Positions 1 through 10,301 are shown, numbered from the stretch's first letter. The stretch: DNA of 64,000 nt from Candidatus Aquilonibacter sp. (GCA_035504945.1 DATJRH010000011.1:3448-67447), one strand, 5' to 3'. The notes: a model not told the origin generated them from the letters alone. Numbers and translations are program-made.

Positions 1-923
1 CAACCTTCGCGCCAATCGTAAAAAAGAACATTCGTAATGAAGGAATAACTGGCAAACCGGACATTCGTGACGCAATCAAGCCCGGCGGTCGGGCTTATGC
101 TGACAAAGTTGGTGCTGCCACCGGTCTTTAACGAGTAATAATCGGGAGAAATCGGAGTTAGAGATTGCGCGTTAAGTGAATCTTGATAATAAATGAAAGT
201 GTTGGTGCCTGTGGAGGTGAGTGCTCCAAAGTTGGTGCCTCTGGCGGAATTGGTGATGTAAAGGTCGGCGGCATTGGCCAGATAAACTTGCCCGGTATTT
301 GAATATGCAGCCACCGTTCCCATGGCATAAGCTAGCGGCGGCAAATCGAGGATGGCCTCGGCGTTGGTGCCAATCGACAGGTTCAATGCGCCCGCGCCTG
401 AAACCGGCTGGCCAGCAAGTGAGAAAGCGGGGTTGCCAGAAGCAGTGTAGTCGTTGGCAAAAGGATCGGTGGCAGTGGTGTCATTGGTGCCTACAGCATC
501 CACCGTGGAGGCAAAGATCAAGGTTGACGAGCCTTCCCAAATGCTCTGATTGCAAAATACCGGGCCGGTGACGGTCATGGATGATGCGGAAACAAATTCC
601 ATGTTCAGATTATAAAAAATCGCGAACTCAAAAACCGGGTAGTGTTGCACGAAGCGAAAAAATTCCTGAAAATTCGCAGCCGGATAATTGGAAGCCACGC
701 TGGTCACAGTATAAGGTGCAACCGTTTCGTTCCACACAATCGGCTGAGATAAATTCGTCGTCGTTTCCAGCTCGCCAAAAAAATAGCCGTCAGCCGGATT
801 TGTCGATGAAGACACCGTGACCATGCCGTTGGTGGCGCCAATCTGTAATGTCAGTGGTATTTGAGCCATTGCGGACAATCGCAGCAGCGTCGCCAGCAGG
901 AAAATTGAAAACCATTTTCTCAT
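1..923 (-). CDS. secreted protein, partial (3' end lies beyond the window start)
   Basis: The minus-strand frame is open from ATG at 923-921 to the window edge. I hand-checked the codons at both ends. N-terminus MRKWFSIFLLATLLRLSAMAQ looks like a signal peptide. It is followed by a ~70-aa module (TTTNLSQPIVW ... FQEFFRF) like the FYR-type module of seven other proteins here. It is absent from the ORF track because no stop lies in the window. Confidence 0.6.
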   Translation of the reverse strand, partial: MRKWFSIFLLATLLRLSAMAQIPLTLQIGATNGMVTVSSSTNPADGYFFGELETTTNLSQPIVWNETVAPYTVTSVASNYPAANFQEFFRFVQHYPVFEFAIFYNLNMEFVSASSMTVTGPVFCNQSIWEGSSTLIFASTVDAVGTNDTTATDPFANDYTASGNPAFSLAGQPVSGAGALNLSIGTNAEAILDLPPLAYAMGTVAAYSNTGQVYLANAADLYITNSARGTNFGALTSTGTNTFIYYQDSLNAQSLTPISPDYYSLKTGGSTNFVSISPTAGLDCVTNVRFASYSFITNVLFYDWREG

Positions 924-1079
924 CCGATTAACTTTTCCTTCCAGCGAATGAATTTATCTCTTTTCACTTGAAGCGTCCAAACAAAATACCTTCGCAAAAC
1001 TTGTGCATCCCATCACAATGTTTGTTCACCCACAGTTTTTTCTTTTACCTTCGTGCGTTTCCGTTTTCAATTGCGCCCC

Positions 1080-3101
1080 ATGTCGCGCGATTACGTTCTT
1101 GAAAATGCCAGGCCGGAGTTTCATCCGCGGATTGACTATGCGCGCGAACTCAATCCGCAGCAGCTTGCCGCCGTCACCGCGCCGCCCGGCCCGGCGCTCG
1201 TCATCGCCGGCGCCGGTTCGGGCAAGACGCGCACGCTTACCTATCGCGTCGCGTATCTGCTCGAACAAGGCATTCCTGCCGACCGGATTTTGCTGCTCAC
1301 ATTCACGAACAAGGCCGCCGGCGAAATGATGCGGCGCGTCTCGGATTTGATCGGACGCGAATTGCGCGAGCTTTGGGGCGGCACGTTCCATTCCATTGGC
1401 GCGCGGATTTTGCGCTCGCACGCCGAGGCGCTCGGCTATCACCGTGACTTCACGATTCTCGACCGCGACGATGCGAAGGATTTGATCAAAGCCTGCGTCG
1501 CCGACGCCGGCATCGAAACCAAGGGCACGCATTTTCCGAAACCGGAGGTTCTGAACGAAATTTTTTCGCTCGCCGTCAACACGCACAAGACGACGGACGA
1601 AATTCTCGAAACGCAATTCAACTACTTCGAGCAGTTCGCGTCGCAAATCGCCGACCTCGGCCAGCGTTACACAAAACGCAAGCGCGCGACGAACGCGATG
1701 GACTTCGACGATTTGCTCGCCCTCTGGCTGAAACTGCTTCAGGAAAACACCGACGTGCGCGAACATTATCAACGCCGCTTCCAGTTCATCCTCGTGGATG
1801 AATATCAGGACACGAACAAATTGCAGGGCGACCTGATTGACCTGCTCGCCGCGCGAACCAAAAATGTCACCGTCGTTGGCGACGATGCGCAAAGCATCTA
1901 CGCCTGGCGCGGCGCGAATTTCCTGAACATCCTCGATTTTCCAAAGCGTTATCCCGGCGCGAACGTTTTCAAGATCGAAACCAATTACCGCAGCACGCCG
2001 GAAATTTTGAAGGTCGCCAACGCCGCGATTGCCGCAAATAAAAATCAATTTGCCAAGGAACTTGCGCCGTCGCGCAAGTCCGGCCTCAAGCCCGCGCTCG
2101 TCGCGTGTGTGGACGCCGCGCAACAGGCCGCGTTCATCGCGCAGCGCGTCGCCGAATTTCCCGACGAAGGCGTGAATCTCAACGAAGTCGCCGTGCTTTA
2201 CCGCTCGCACTTTCACGCGCTGGAATTGCAGCTTGAGCTGACCAAGCGCCACATTCCCTTCTCCATCACGAGCGGCATCCGCTTTTTCGAGCAGGCGCAC
2301 ATCAAGGACGCAACGGCTTATTTGAAGTTCGTCATCAATCCGCGCGATGAAATTTCCTTCAAACGCCTCGCGCAATTGCATCCGGGCATCGCCGCGAAGG
2401 GCGCCGACAAACTTTGGAAAATCTTTTCGGGGAAAATGGAAGGCAACGAGCTGGCCGTCTCAAAAAATCCAATCGCGACGGCGTTGCAAGGTTGTTCCAA
2501 AAATGTCAGCGCAAAGGCCGCGACGGCTTGGATGCAATTTGTCGCGACGATTTCCCAGCTTGAAGACGAAGCCGTCCGCAAAAGCGCGGCGAAGATGTTG
2601 CGGCTCGTGATTGACGCCGGCTACGACGATTATTTGAAGGAAAATTTTGCGAACTACCGCAACCGGTTGGAAGATTTGGAGCAGCTCGCCGTCTTCGCCT
2701 TTCAATTCAATTCCACGGAGGAATTTTTGACGCAACTCGCGCTGCTCACCAACGTCGAGGCCGAGGACGATCAGACGGCTAAGGACGACACGGAAAAAAT
2801 CAAGCTCTCGACCATTCATCAGGCGAAGGGACTGGAATTCGACGCGGTTTTTGTCATCATGCTTTGTGACGGAATGTTTCCATCGGCGCGCTCGATTGAA
2901 AGCGACGACGGCGAAGAGGAAGAGCGCCGGCTGTTTTACGTTGCCATCACACGCGCGAAGAATGAGTTGTATTTGAGCTATCCGCTGATTCGCGCCGGCT
3001 TCGGCAAGTCTGGCGGTGACGGAATGCAGCAACCGTCGCGTTTCCTGTCGGAAATTCCCGGCGACCTGTTGAACCAGTGGAATCTGCGTTCGCGCTATTA
3101 A
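1080..3101 (+). CDS. UvrD/PcrA/Rep-family ATP-dependent DNA helicase
   Basis: Walker A AGAGSGKTRTL, TFTNKAAGEM, LVDEYQDTN, GDDAQSIYAWRGA, TNYRS, LSTIHQAKGLEFD, VAITRAK. ATG at 1080 is preferred over the GTG at 1053 used by the track. Confidence 0.9.
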   Translation: MSRDYVLENARPEFHPRIDYARELNPQQLAAVTAPPGPALVIAGAGSGKTRTLTYRVAYLLEQGIPADRILLLTFTNKAAGEMMRRVSDLIGRELRELWGGTFHSIGARILRSHAEALGYHRDFTILDRDDAKDLIKACVADAGIETKGTHFPKPEVLNEIFSLAVNTHKTTDEILETQFNYFEQFASQIADLGQRYTKRKRATNAMDFDDLLALWLKLLQENTDVREHYQRRFQFILVDEYQDTNKLQGDLIDLLAARTKNVTVVGDDAQSIYAWRGANFLNILDFPKRYPGANVFKIETNYRSTPEILKVANAAIAANKNQFAKELAPSRKSGLKPALVACVDAAQQAAFIAQRVAEFPDEGVNLNEVAVLYRSHFHALELQLELTKRHIPFSITSGIRFFEQAHIKDATAYLKFVINPRDEISFKRLAQLHPGIAAKGADKLWKIFSGKMEGNELAVSKNPIATALQGCSKNVSAKAATAWMQFVATISQLEDEAVRKSAAKMLRLVIDAGYDDYLKENFANYRNRLEDLEQLAVFAFQFNSTEEFLTQLALLTNVEAEDDQTAKDDTEKIKLSTIHQAKGLEFDAVFVIMLCDGMFPSARSIESDDGEEEERRLFYVAITRAKNELYLSYPLIRAGFGKSGGDGMQQPSRFLSEIPGDLLNQWNLRSRY

Positions 3102-3640
3102 ACCGCTTCATCCCGTCGGCGACGCGGGGCGCGGTTTTTTTCACCCACGTATTGTCCCGCCTGAACGAGAATTCCCGAAACCGCCAGCACGGCGAAGATC
3201 AGCGCCCTGGCTGGCGGGTCGAGCGGAACATTTTGGGAAACTGCCGTTGCGCCGGTGAGCGAGGACAGGACAATCAAGGCCGGATCCAACAGCGTGAAAG
3301 TCAAGATCGCGCCAAGCATCGCGCCCACGGCAAACGCAGCCCACACGATGGCTTCCGGTCTGGCATGGAGCGTCGCCGACGCCAGGGCGGACAGGCAATA
3401 TCCACCGGCGAAAAATCCGGCGATACTGATGGCGATGCGTTGCAGAACAACCGAAGCGATTGCGCCGAGCAAACCCGCGCCCAAGGCGATGAGCAGTATC
3501 AGCCACTCAGGCTGCCCCTGCAAAGTATCGCGCGCTATTTGAAAACCGGCGATGAAGCCGACACACCCTACAAACAGCCAGAAAAGCCGGCGGCCAAAAA
3601 ACAGCAAAGCCGCGCCCATGAACACATTGAGCCATTCCAT
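3098..3640 (-). CDS. integral membrane protein (about 5-6 TM helices), function unknown
   Basis: 180-aa ORF, almost entirely hydrophobic helices with a basic C-terminal tail. It converges on the helicase gene with a 4-nt overlap. Coding-like composition. Confidence 0.6.
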   Translation of the reverse strand: MEWLNVFMGAALLFFGRRLFWLFVGCVGFIAGFQIARDTLQGQPEWLILLIALGAGLLGAIASVVLQRIAISIAGFFAGGYCLSALASATLHARPEAIVWAAFAVGAMLGAILTFTLLDPALIVLSSLTGATAVSQNVPLDPPARALIFAVLAVSGILVQAGQYVGEKNRAPRRRRDEAV

Positions 3641-3792
3641 GACTTTACGTTAATGCAAAATGGTCAATCGGCAAATGCCTGACACCGGCGTGAAGTCAAC
3701 TTGAATCCCAAAAGCCACCAGGATTGTCACGTCGGCTCCTGCAAAGCATAAATTAACTTCAAACGCGGGCATAAATCTGGCATCTAATCAGT

Positions 3793-6048
3793 GTGCGACG
3801 TTTCGGAATCCTTTTGCTCGCCGGCCTCTGGCTCGCGGCCTTCACTGGCTGCCGCACGCAGGCGCAACCTCCGGCTGTGCCGGCCTTTGGCAGCGGCCCG
3901 TTGTCCGCTCATCACACGCAGGTGAAATTGCTTCTGTCCGCCGGCACCGCCAAACCCGGCGACACGATTTGGGCCGGCGTGGATTTGAAAATGGAACCCG
4001 GCTGGCACACTTACTGGAAAAATCCGGGCGACGCGGGGATGGCCACGGAAATCAAATGGCAACTGCCGCCGGGAATTTCCGCCGGTGAAACCCAATGGCC
4101 GCTGCCGGAAAAATTCCAGTCCGCCGGCATCACCACTTACGGCTACGAAAACGAAACGATGCTGCTCGTGCCGCTGACGATTGAAACCAATTTTCCGACG
4201 AACCCGGGGCCGCTGGACTTGAAAGCGAACGTTTCGTGGCTCGAGTGCAAGGACGTTTGCATTCCCGCCAATCAAGACGTCGAGGCGGAGTCGAACTTAG
4301 GCGGCGAAACCAAAACCTCCACCAACGCGGCGGTGATTGAAGCGTGGAAAAGCAAGGCCCCAAAAACAAATTCCATTTATTCCGTGAGTGCGTGGTGGAA
4401 AAATTCCACAAACAAAGACACACGGCCATTGATTCTCCAGGGTTCCCAAATACCGAAACAATTCATACCGGTGGATCATTTTGATTTTTTCCCGGATGCG
4501 GCCGACAATTTCGAGGTCCAAGCGGCAACGGAAGAAATTTCCAAAACGGGCGGATTTTGTCTTCGCAAAGTGGTTAAAAAATATTCCGGCGATTGGCCAA
4601 AAACAATCTCCGGTGTGCTGGTAATGGAATCTCTAGGCCGGCGGCAAGGAATCGAAGTTGAATTTTCGATAGCCGATCAAGCTCCGGCCGGCGAGACAAT
4701 TTCGCCGGAAGCCAACACCAACGTCGCGTCCGCCGCCGGCGCTTCTGAAAACAGCCCGGCGACGGGCGCGCCGGCCCTGCCACTGATGCTGCTCTACGCC
4801 TTCATCGGCGGATTGATTTTGAACATCATGCCGTGCGTGCTGCCAGTCATCGCGCTGAAAATTCTCGGCTTCGTCAGCGAGGCGCGCAGCGAACCGCGCC
4901 GGGTCCGCAATCTTGGATTAATTTACGCGCTGGGCGTGCTCGTTTCCTTTCTCGTGCTCGCCGGAATAGCCATCGGCGTCAACGCCGCCGGACATCACGC
5001 CGGCTGGGGAATGCAATTTGGCAGCCCGGTTTTCATCGTCTGCCTGACCACGCTCGTCCTGCTCGTCACGCTGAATTTGTTCGGCGTGTTTGAAGTCACG
5101 CCCGGCGGACGAGTGCTGAACACCGCCGGCCAGCTCGCGTCAAAACATGGCGCGCCCGGCGCGTTCTTCAACGGTCTGCTGGCAACCGCGCTCGCCACGC
5201 CCTGCACCGCGCCGTTCCTCGCGCCCGCCCTCGGTTTCGCATTTACGCAAACCGCGTCCATCGTCGTTTTGATTTTTTTGTCCGCCGGGCTTGGCCTGGC
5301 CGCGCCTTACGTTTTGTTGAGCTGCAATCCGGCGCTGCTGAAATTTCTGCCCAAGCCCGGCGCGTGGATGCAAAAATTCAAAATCGCGATGGGCTTTCCG
5401 ATGCTCGCGACGGTGGTGTGGCTTTTCAACGTCGCTGCCGACGATTACGGCGCGCGCGTATTTTGGCTCGGAGTCTTTCTCGTCATCGTCGCGCTTGCCG
5501 CCTGGATTTTCGGCGAGTTCATCCAGCGCGGCCAGAAAGGCAAAGGCGTGGCGTTCGCAATCGTGCTAATTTTATTGATCGGCGGTTACGTTTACGCGCT
5601 TAAAAGCCAATTGCACTGGCGCAAGATGGCCGCAGAAACAATCGCCACCAGCACGTTGAAGCCAGCGGAGAATGGAATTGACTGGCAGCAATGGAGTCCC
5701 ACAGCCGTTGCGCAGGCGCGTGCTGCGGGCAAACCCGTGCTGGTGGACTTCACCGCCCGCTGGTGCGTGACGTGCAACGCGATTGTCAAACCGGCGCTGG
5801 AAAGCGACGCGGTGGCCGCGAAATTGAAGGAAACCGGCGCCGTGGCTTTGCTGGCGGATTACACGCGCGTGCCGACGGAAATCACCGACGAAATTTCAAA
5901 GTTCGGCGGCGCAGGCGTGCCGCTGGTTCTGGTTTTTCCGAAAAACCCGGAACAGCCGGCGATTGTGCTACCGCAGCCGTCACCGTTGCAACTGCCTTCC
6001 AGTTACAGCGAAACGATTCTGGACGCGCTCGACCGCGCCACGCGTTGA
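3793..6048 (+). CDS. dsbD: thiol:disulfide interchange protein, DsbD family
   Basis: Signal peptide. N-terminal domain with WLECKDVCIP. TM core with cysteines in MPCVLPV and TPCTAPF. C-terminal thioredoxin fold with WCVTCN. GTG start. Confidence 0.85.
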   Translation: MRRFGILLLAGLWLAAFTGCRTQAQPPAVPAFGSGPLSAHHTQVKLLLSAGTAKPGDTIWAGVDLKMEPGWHTYWKNPGDAGMATEIKWQLPPGISAGETQWPLPEKFQSAGITTYGYENETMLLVPLTIETNFPTNPGPLDLKANVSWLECKDVCIPANQDVEAESNLGGETKTSTNAAVIEAWKSKAPKTNSIYSVSAWWKNSTNKDTRPLILQGSQIPKQFIPVDHFDFFPDAADNFEVQAATEEISKTGGFCLRKVVKKYSGDWPKTISGVLVMESLGRRQGIEVEFSIADQAPAGETISPEANTNVASAAGASENSPATGAPALPLMLLYAFIGGLILNIMPCVLPVIALKILGFVSEARSEPRRVRNLGLIYALGVLVSFLVLAGIAIGVNAAGHHAGWGMQFGSPVFIVCLTTLVLLVTLNLFGVFEVTPGGRVLNTAGQLASKHGAPGAFFNGLLATALATPCTAPFLAPALGFAFTQTASIVVLIFLSAGLGLAAPYVLLSCNPALLKFLPKPGAWMQKFKIAMGFPMLATVVWLFNVAADDYGARVFWLGVFLVIVALAAWIFGEFIQRGQKGKGVAFAIVLILLIGGYVYALKSQLHWRKMAAETIATSTLKPAENGIDWQQWSPTAVAQARAAGKPVLVDFTARWCVTCNAIVKPALESDAVAAKLKETGAVALLADYTRVPTEITDEISKFGGAGVPLVLVFPKNPEQPAIVLPQPSPLQLPSSYSETILDALDRATR

Positions 6049-6097
6049 ACATTTTGTTGAAACCCGCTGTCAGAACTTCCGTCTAATTAACAAATTT

Positions 6098-6694
6098 ATG
6101 AAAACCGCCATTGCGTTGTTCGCTGTTTCCATGCTGGCCACCGCCGCCTTCGCGGTTGAAGTCGGCCAGCCCGCGCCGGATTTCACCGGCACGGACATCA
6201 ATGGCAAAACCATCAAGTTGAGCGATTACAAGGGCAAGATTGTGGTCATTGAGTCTTACAATCCCGACTGCCCGTATTGCCACAATCAATACAAAACCGG
6301 CGCGATGCAGGTTTTGCAAAAAGATTTGACCGCCAAAGGCGTTGTGTGGCTGCTCGTGGATTCGGTGAATCCGGGAAATTTCAGCCACCTTACCCATGTG
6401 CAGGCGCGGCAGGAAATGGCCGGGAAAAAAATGGACGTGACCGCGTGGATTGACGACAGTTCCGGCAAAATTGGTCATCTTTACGGCATGGAAACCACGC
6501 CGGACATGTTCGTCATCAACCAGGACGGGGTCCTGGTTTATGACGGCGCGATTGACAACGAACCCGATCCATTTCACAACCCGTTCACAGCGGACAATTA
6601 CGTCCGCGACGCCGTCAATGATTTGCTCGCCGGAAAACCCGTCGCGGTTTCGGAGACGAAGCCCTACGGTTGCAGCGTGAAATACGCGGACTGA
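6098..6694 (+). CDS. secreted thioredoxin-fold redoxin (TlpA/ResA-like)
   Basis: Signal peptide MKTAIALFAVSMLATAAFA. CPYC active-site motif in a redoxin-like fold. ATG 6098 chosen, because the track ORF start at 5963 lies inside dsbD. Confidence 0.8.
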   Translation: MKTAIALFAVSMLATAAFAVEVGQPAPDFTGTDINGKTIKLSDYKGKIVVIESYNPDCPYCHNQYKTGAMQVLQKDLTAKGVVWLLVDSVNPGNFSHLTHVQARQEMAGKKMDVTAWIDDSSGKIGHLYGMETTPDMFVINQDGVLVYDGAIDNEPDPFHNPFTADNYVRDAVNDLLAGKPVAVSETKPYGCSVKYAD

Positions 6695-6813
6695 ATTTCG
6701 CAGATTGATTTGCGCATTTTGTTTTGACACGGGTTGTTTCGCCGTTGTCGCGTGACAAGCGACAAAAAAAGGGTAAATTGTTCTCACAGTTTCAAAAGGA
6801 TGTCTTTTTCAAC

Positions 6814-9558
6814 ATGCAAAATCAGCTCGTCAAGGAGCCGGTCTGGTTGCGTTGCGCTGTGAGTTGTCATTTCCTGCGCTGGCTGGTTGCTCTTTTGGCC
6901 ACTTGTCCCCTGCTCGTTTCCGCCGCAAATTTTTACAGCGGCATTTCCCCGACGATGGTTCCCTGGACAAATGGCATTGTTCCGTATGAATTCACAAATT
7001 CGCTGACCACAAACGAGCAGACAACGTATCTCGACGGCTTGCGCGAATGGGAACTGGCCGCGCACGTCCAGTTTGTCCCGCACACCAATCAACCGAACTG
7101 GATTCTTTTCTGCTACAACACCAATTTTATTGACTACGTGAACGGCGAAAGTTACAGCCCGCAGGTAATCACCGTCTCCAGCCTGAGCCGCGCGCAGGTG
7201 TGCCATGAAATGGGCCATTCGTTCGGTTTCAACCACGAAAATATCCGGCCGGATGCGACCAATTATGTCATCGTCCTGACCAACAACATCGCCGACGAGC
7301 CGGAAGAAATCGGATTGTTTGTCGTTGATCCCACGACCGTCCCGTATGGAAATTATGATTTCGAGTCGGTGATGCATTTGGGCTGGGATTTCGATTCAAT
7401 CAATCCCGGCGTGGCTCCGACCATGCAGCCCACGCCGCCCTATTTTTCGCGCTACCAATACCGCATGGGCAATTACTGTCTCAGTCCCGGCGACCGCGCG
7501 GCGCTCGCGTATCTTTACGGCCCGCCCCTCGTGCCGCTCACCAACATCGTGACGACCACCGCCGACGTCGGCCCCGGCAGTTTGCGCGCGGCGATTTATT
7601 ACGCGACCGACCATCCCGGCACGACGATTAGCTTCGACATTCCGACGAGTGATCCCGGCTACAGTAACGGCGTGTTTAACCTCCATCTCACCGGCATGCT
7701 GCCGCCGCTGGTCACCGACGGCACCATTATTGACGGCTCCACGCAACCAGGCTTCACGGGCAAACCGCTCATCGTCGTGGACGCTTCGCAAATTTTGTCT
7801 GAAACGTTCACGTCCGACACCTTCCTGATTTACTCGGCGGACAATCAGATCAAAAACATTGCGTTCACCGGCTTCGACTGGAACGGCATGACGCTGGAAT
7901 ATGCCGACGCGACGAACAACACCATCTCCGGCTGCTGGTTCGGCCTCGATGCCACAGGCACGAACGCGGCGCCGAATGCATTCCAGGGTATTTTGATCGC
8001 CGCCGGCGCCAGCCGGAACATCATCGGCGGCACCAACGCGCTGGAGCGAAATGTTCTCTCCGGTAATTCGCAATATGGCGTCTTCATCACCGATACCAAC
8101 ACGACCGGCAACGTCGTTCTCGGCAATTACATCGGCACTGACGCCAGCGGCAGCAACGCGGTGCCCAATGGCAAGAGCGGCGTGTTCATCGGCAACGGCG
8201 CGAGTGGAAACATCATCGGCGGCACAAATATGGCGGGCGGAAATATTCTTTCCGGCAATTCGGAATACGGCATCATTCTGGCCACGAACACGACTGCCAA
8301 TGTCGTTCTCGGCAATTACATCGGCACGGACACGAGCGGCAGCTACTCGGTGGCCAACACCATCGGCGGCGTCTTTCTGGCGACCGACGCGACCGACAAT
8401 TACATCGGCGGCACCGTGCCCGGCGCGCGCAATGTCATTTCTGGCAATACCAATGGCCCCTATTACGACTACGGAGTGCTCGTGGCCGGCTCGGGCGCCA
8501 GTGGCAACGTGATCGAGGGAAACTACATCGGCCTCGACGCGGATGGATTGACGCCGGTGCCCAATTATTACGGCGTTTATTTTTACGGTGGCGCCACGAA
8601 CAACACGCTCGGCGGCACGGTCGCCGGCGCGGGCAACTACATTTCCGGCAACATTTCCTACGATGTTTTAATCAGCGATCCGGGCACCAGTGGAAATTTC
8701 GTTGAGGGCAATTTTATCGGCACCGATGCCACTGGAACCAACGGAGTCGCCGGCTTCATCAATGTTGAGTTGCAAAATGGCGCGACGGGCAACTTCATCG
8801 GCGGCGTGAATCCCGGAGCCGGCAACGTGATCACCGCCGCCAGTTTTCTCGGCGTGGTCTTATACGATGCAGGCACCACCAACAATGCCATCCGTGGCAA
8901 TTCCATTTTCAACAATTACATGGGCATTCATCTGGTCGGCAATGAATATTATCCCTATGTCACGCCCAACGATGTCGGCGACGGCGACACCGGTCCGAAC
9001 AACCTGCAAAATTTCCCTGTCATCACCGACGCCTTTGGCTATGGAACGAGCACCGTCGTTTCGGGAACCTTGAACAGTGCCACCAACGGAAGTTTCTTGA
9101 TTGATGTTTATCGCAACTTTCAGCCCGACCTCAACATCGGCGGCTACGGCGAAGGCCAGTTTTACGCCGGCACCGTCAGCGTGACCACCGACGGCTCCGG
9201 CAACGCCAGCTTCTCGCTCACCAACACCGCCGCCAACTATTCCGGCCAATACTTCACCGCCACCGCGACAGATGCCGGTGGCAACACCAGCGAATTCGAC
9301 CTGGCCGTCCTCGCCACCAACCTGCCGGTGGCGTCCGCGCAATTCGCCGCGCCGTTCGCCTGGCACGCCAGCGGATTCGTTTTCAGTCTCAACCTCGCGA
9401 CCAATTTCAGTTATCGCATCCAAGCCGCAACCAATCTGGCCGCGCCCATCTCGTGGAGCGATTTGACAAATTTCACCGCAACCAACCCTATTTTCAATTT
9501 CACCGACCTGACGGCGACAAATTCCAAAGCGCGATTCTACCGCGTCGTGTCGCCATGA
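6814..9558 (+). CDS. secreted astacin-like zinc metalloprotease fused to a long parallel beta-helix repeat region
   Basis: HEMGHSFGFNHE matches the astacin/metzincin HExxHxxGxxHE signature. It is followed by about 20 degenerate repeats (N[VI][IL]SGN...GV[FL]I....N.V.GNYIGTD). C-terminal FYR-type module ends in KARFYRVVSP. ATG 6814 is preferred to the TTG at 6724. Confidence 0.8.
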   Translation: MQNQLVKEPVWLRCAVSCHFLRWLVALLATCPLLVSAANFYSGISPTMVPWTNGIVPYEFTNSLTTNEQTTYLDGLREWELAAHVQFVPHTNQPNWILFCYNTNFIDYVNGESYSPQVITVSSLSRAQVCHEMGHSFGFNHENIRPDATNYVIVLTNNIADEPEEIGLFVVDPTTVPYGNYDFESVMHLGWDFDSINPGVAPTMQPTPPYFSRYQYRMGNYCLSPGDRAALAYLYGPPLVPLTNIVTTTADVGPGSLRAAIYYATDHPGTTISFDIPTSDPGYSNGVFNLHLTGMLPPLVTDGTIIDGSTQPGFTGKPLIVVDASQILSETFTSDTFLIYSADNQIKNIAFTGFDWNGMTLEYADATNNTISGCWFGLDATGTNAAPNAFQGILIAAGASRNIIGGTNALERNVLSGNSQYGVFITDTNTTGNVVLGNYIGTDASGSNAVPNGKSGVFIGNGASGNIIGGTNMAGGNILSGNSEYGIILATNTTANVVLGNYIGTDTSGSYSVANTIGGVFLATDATDNYIGGTVPGARNVISGNTNGPYYDYGVLVAGSGASGNVIEGNYIGLDADGLTPVPNYYGVYFYGGATNNTLGGTVAGAGNYISGNISYDVLISDPGTSGNFVEGNFIGTDATGTNGVAGFINVELQNGATGNFIGGVNPGAGNVITAASFLGVVLYDAGTTNNAIRGNSIFNNYMGIHLVGNEYYPYVTPNDVGDGDTGPNNLQNFPVITDAFGYGTSTVVSGTLNSATNGSFLIDVYRNFQPDLNIGGYGEGQFYAGTVSVTTDGSGNASFSLTNTAANYSGQYFTATATDAGGNTSEFDLAVLATNLPVASAQFAAPFAWHASGFVFSLNLATNFSYRIQAATNLAAPISWSDLTNFTATNPIFNFTDLTATNSKARFYRVVSP

Positions 9559-10301
9559 GCCGGCTGATCGGTGGGGCGAGCGTCCTCGCGAGCCGCGAAC
9601 CCATACTCCTTCAAAAAGTTTTCCGCCGGCGCGCGGATGTCCACGCGCCTTTTGGTGAACGGGTCAACGTAAGCCAGCCGCACCGCGCGCAGGCCAAGTT
9701 GAAAATTCCTTTCCGACCTGCCGTAAAGTTCGTCGCCGACCACCGGCACGCCGGCTTCAGCCAGGTGAACGCGGATTTGATGCGTGCGGCCGGTCACGGG
9801 TTTTGCCTCGACGAGTGAAAATCTTCCCCGCGTCTCCAGAATCTTGAAATGCGTCCGGGCATCTTTGCCGTGCCGCGAATCCACCTTCATTTTCCTGAAC
9901 CGCTGCTTGTCCGGCGCCAGTTTGAGTTCGCAAGTCCATTCCGCTTGCCTTGGCACGCCGGCCACGACGGCCAGATACGTCTTTTCCATTTTCCGGGTCT
10001 CGAACAATTCGGAAAACGTTTCGAGCGCGCCAAAACTTTTCGCGAAAAGCAAAATGCCGCTCGTTTCCACGTCGAGCCGATGGACATTGCGGAGAAATTT
10101 GAGCCCGCGCGAGCGCGCCCAAAAATCGCCGCCGGCGATGGAGGATTCAACGGCCGCCTGCAAATTCCATGAAGTCTTCCGCCATGTATAGGGCACGAGC
10201 ATCCACCCGCGCGGCTTGTCAATCGCGATGACCGAGCGGTCCTCGTGCAGAATCGGAATCGGCTCGCGGTCCGGCAGTTCGATGGAATTGGGTCTGGCCA
10301 T
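9537..10301 (-). CDS. RluA-family pseudouridine synthase
   Basis: HRLDVETSGILLFAK and GRTHQIRVHLA motifs. ATG at 10301 is preferred to the TTG at 10346, which reads through a conserved promoter-like cassette. Confidence 0.85.
   Translation of the reverse strand: MARPNSIELPDREPIPILHEDRSVIAIDKPRGWMLVPYTWRKTSWNLQAAVESSIAGGDFWARSRGLKFLRNVHRLDVETSGILLFAKSFGALETFSELFETRKMEKTYLAVVAGVPRQAEWTCELKLAPDKQRFRKMKVDSRHGKDARTHFKILETRGRFSLVEAKPVTGRTHQIRVHLAEAGVPVVGDELYGRSERNFQLGLRAVRLAYVDPFTKRRVDIRAPAENFLKEYGFAAREDARPTDQPAHGDTTR

Noticed and set aside
299-820. Plus-strand ORFs 299..571 and 581..820
   Set aside because: Both are antisense to the open minus-strand secreted-protein gene (1..923). They are Trp/Arg/Gln-rich nonsense.
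1026-2381. 451-aa minus-strand ORF opposite the helicase gene. The same applies to 13964..14731, 11676..12494, 19889..20668, 24731..25660, 40145..40900, 51440..52417, 55193..56434, 57882..58565, 60944..61684, 62812..63609, 6083..6787, 7396..8073 and 33310..34011.
   Set aside because: They lie antisense to genes with unambiguous motifs. They are Arg/Gly/Ala-rich with no recognisable domains, which is typical of shadow ORFs in high-GC DNA.
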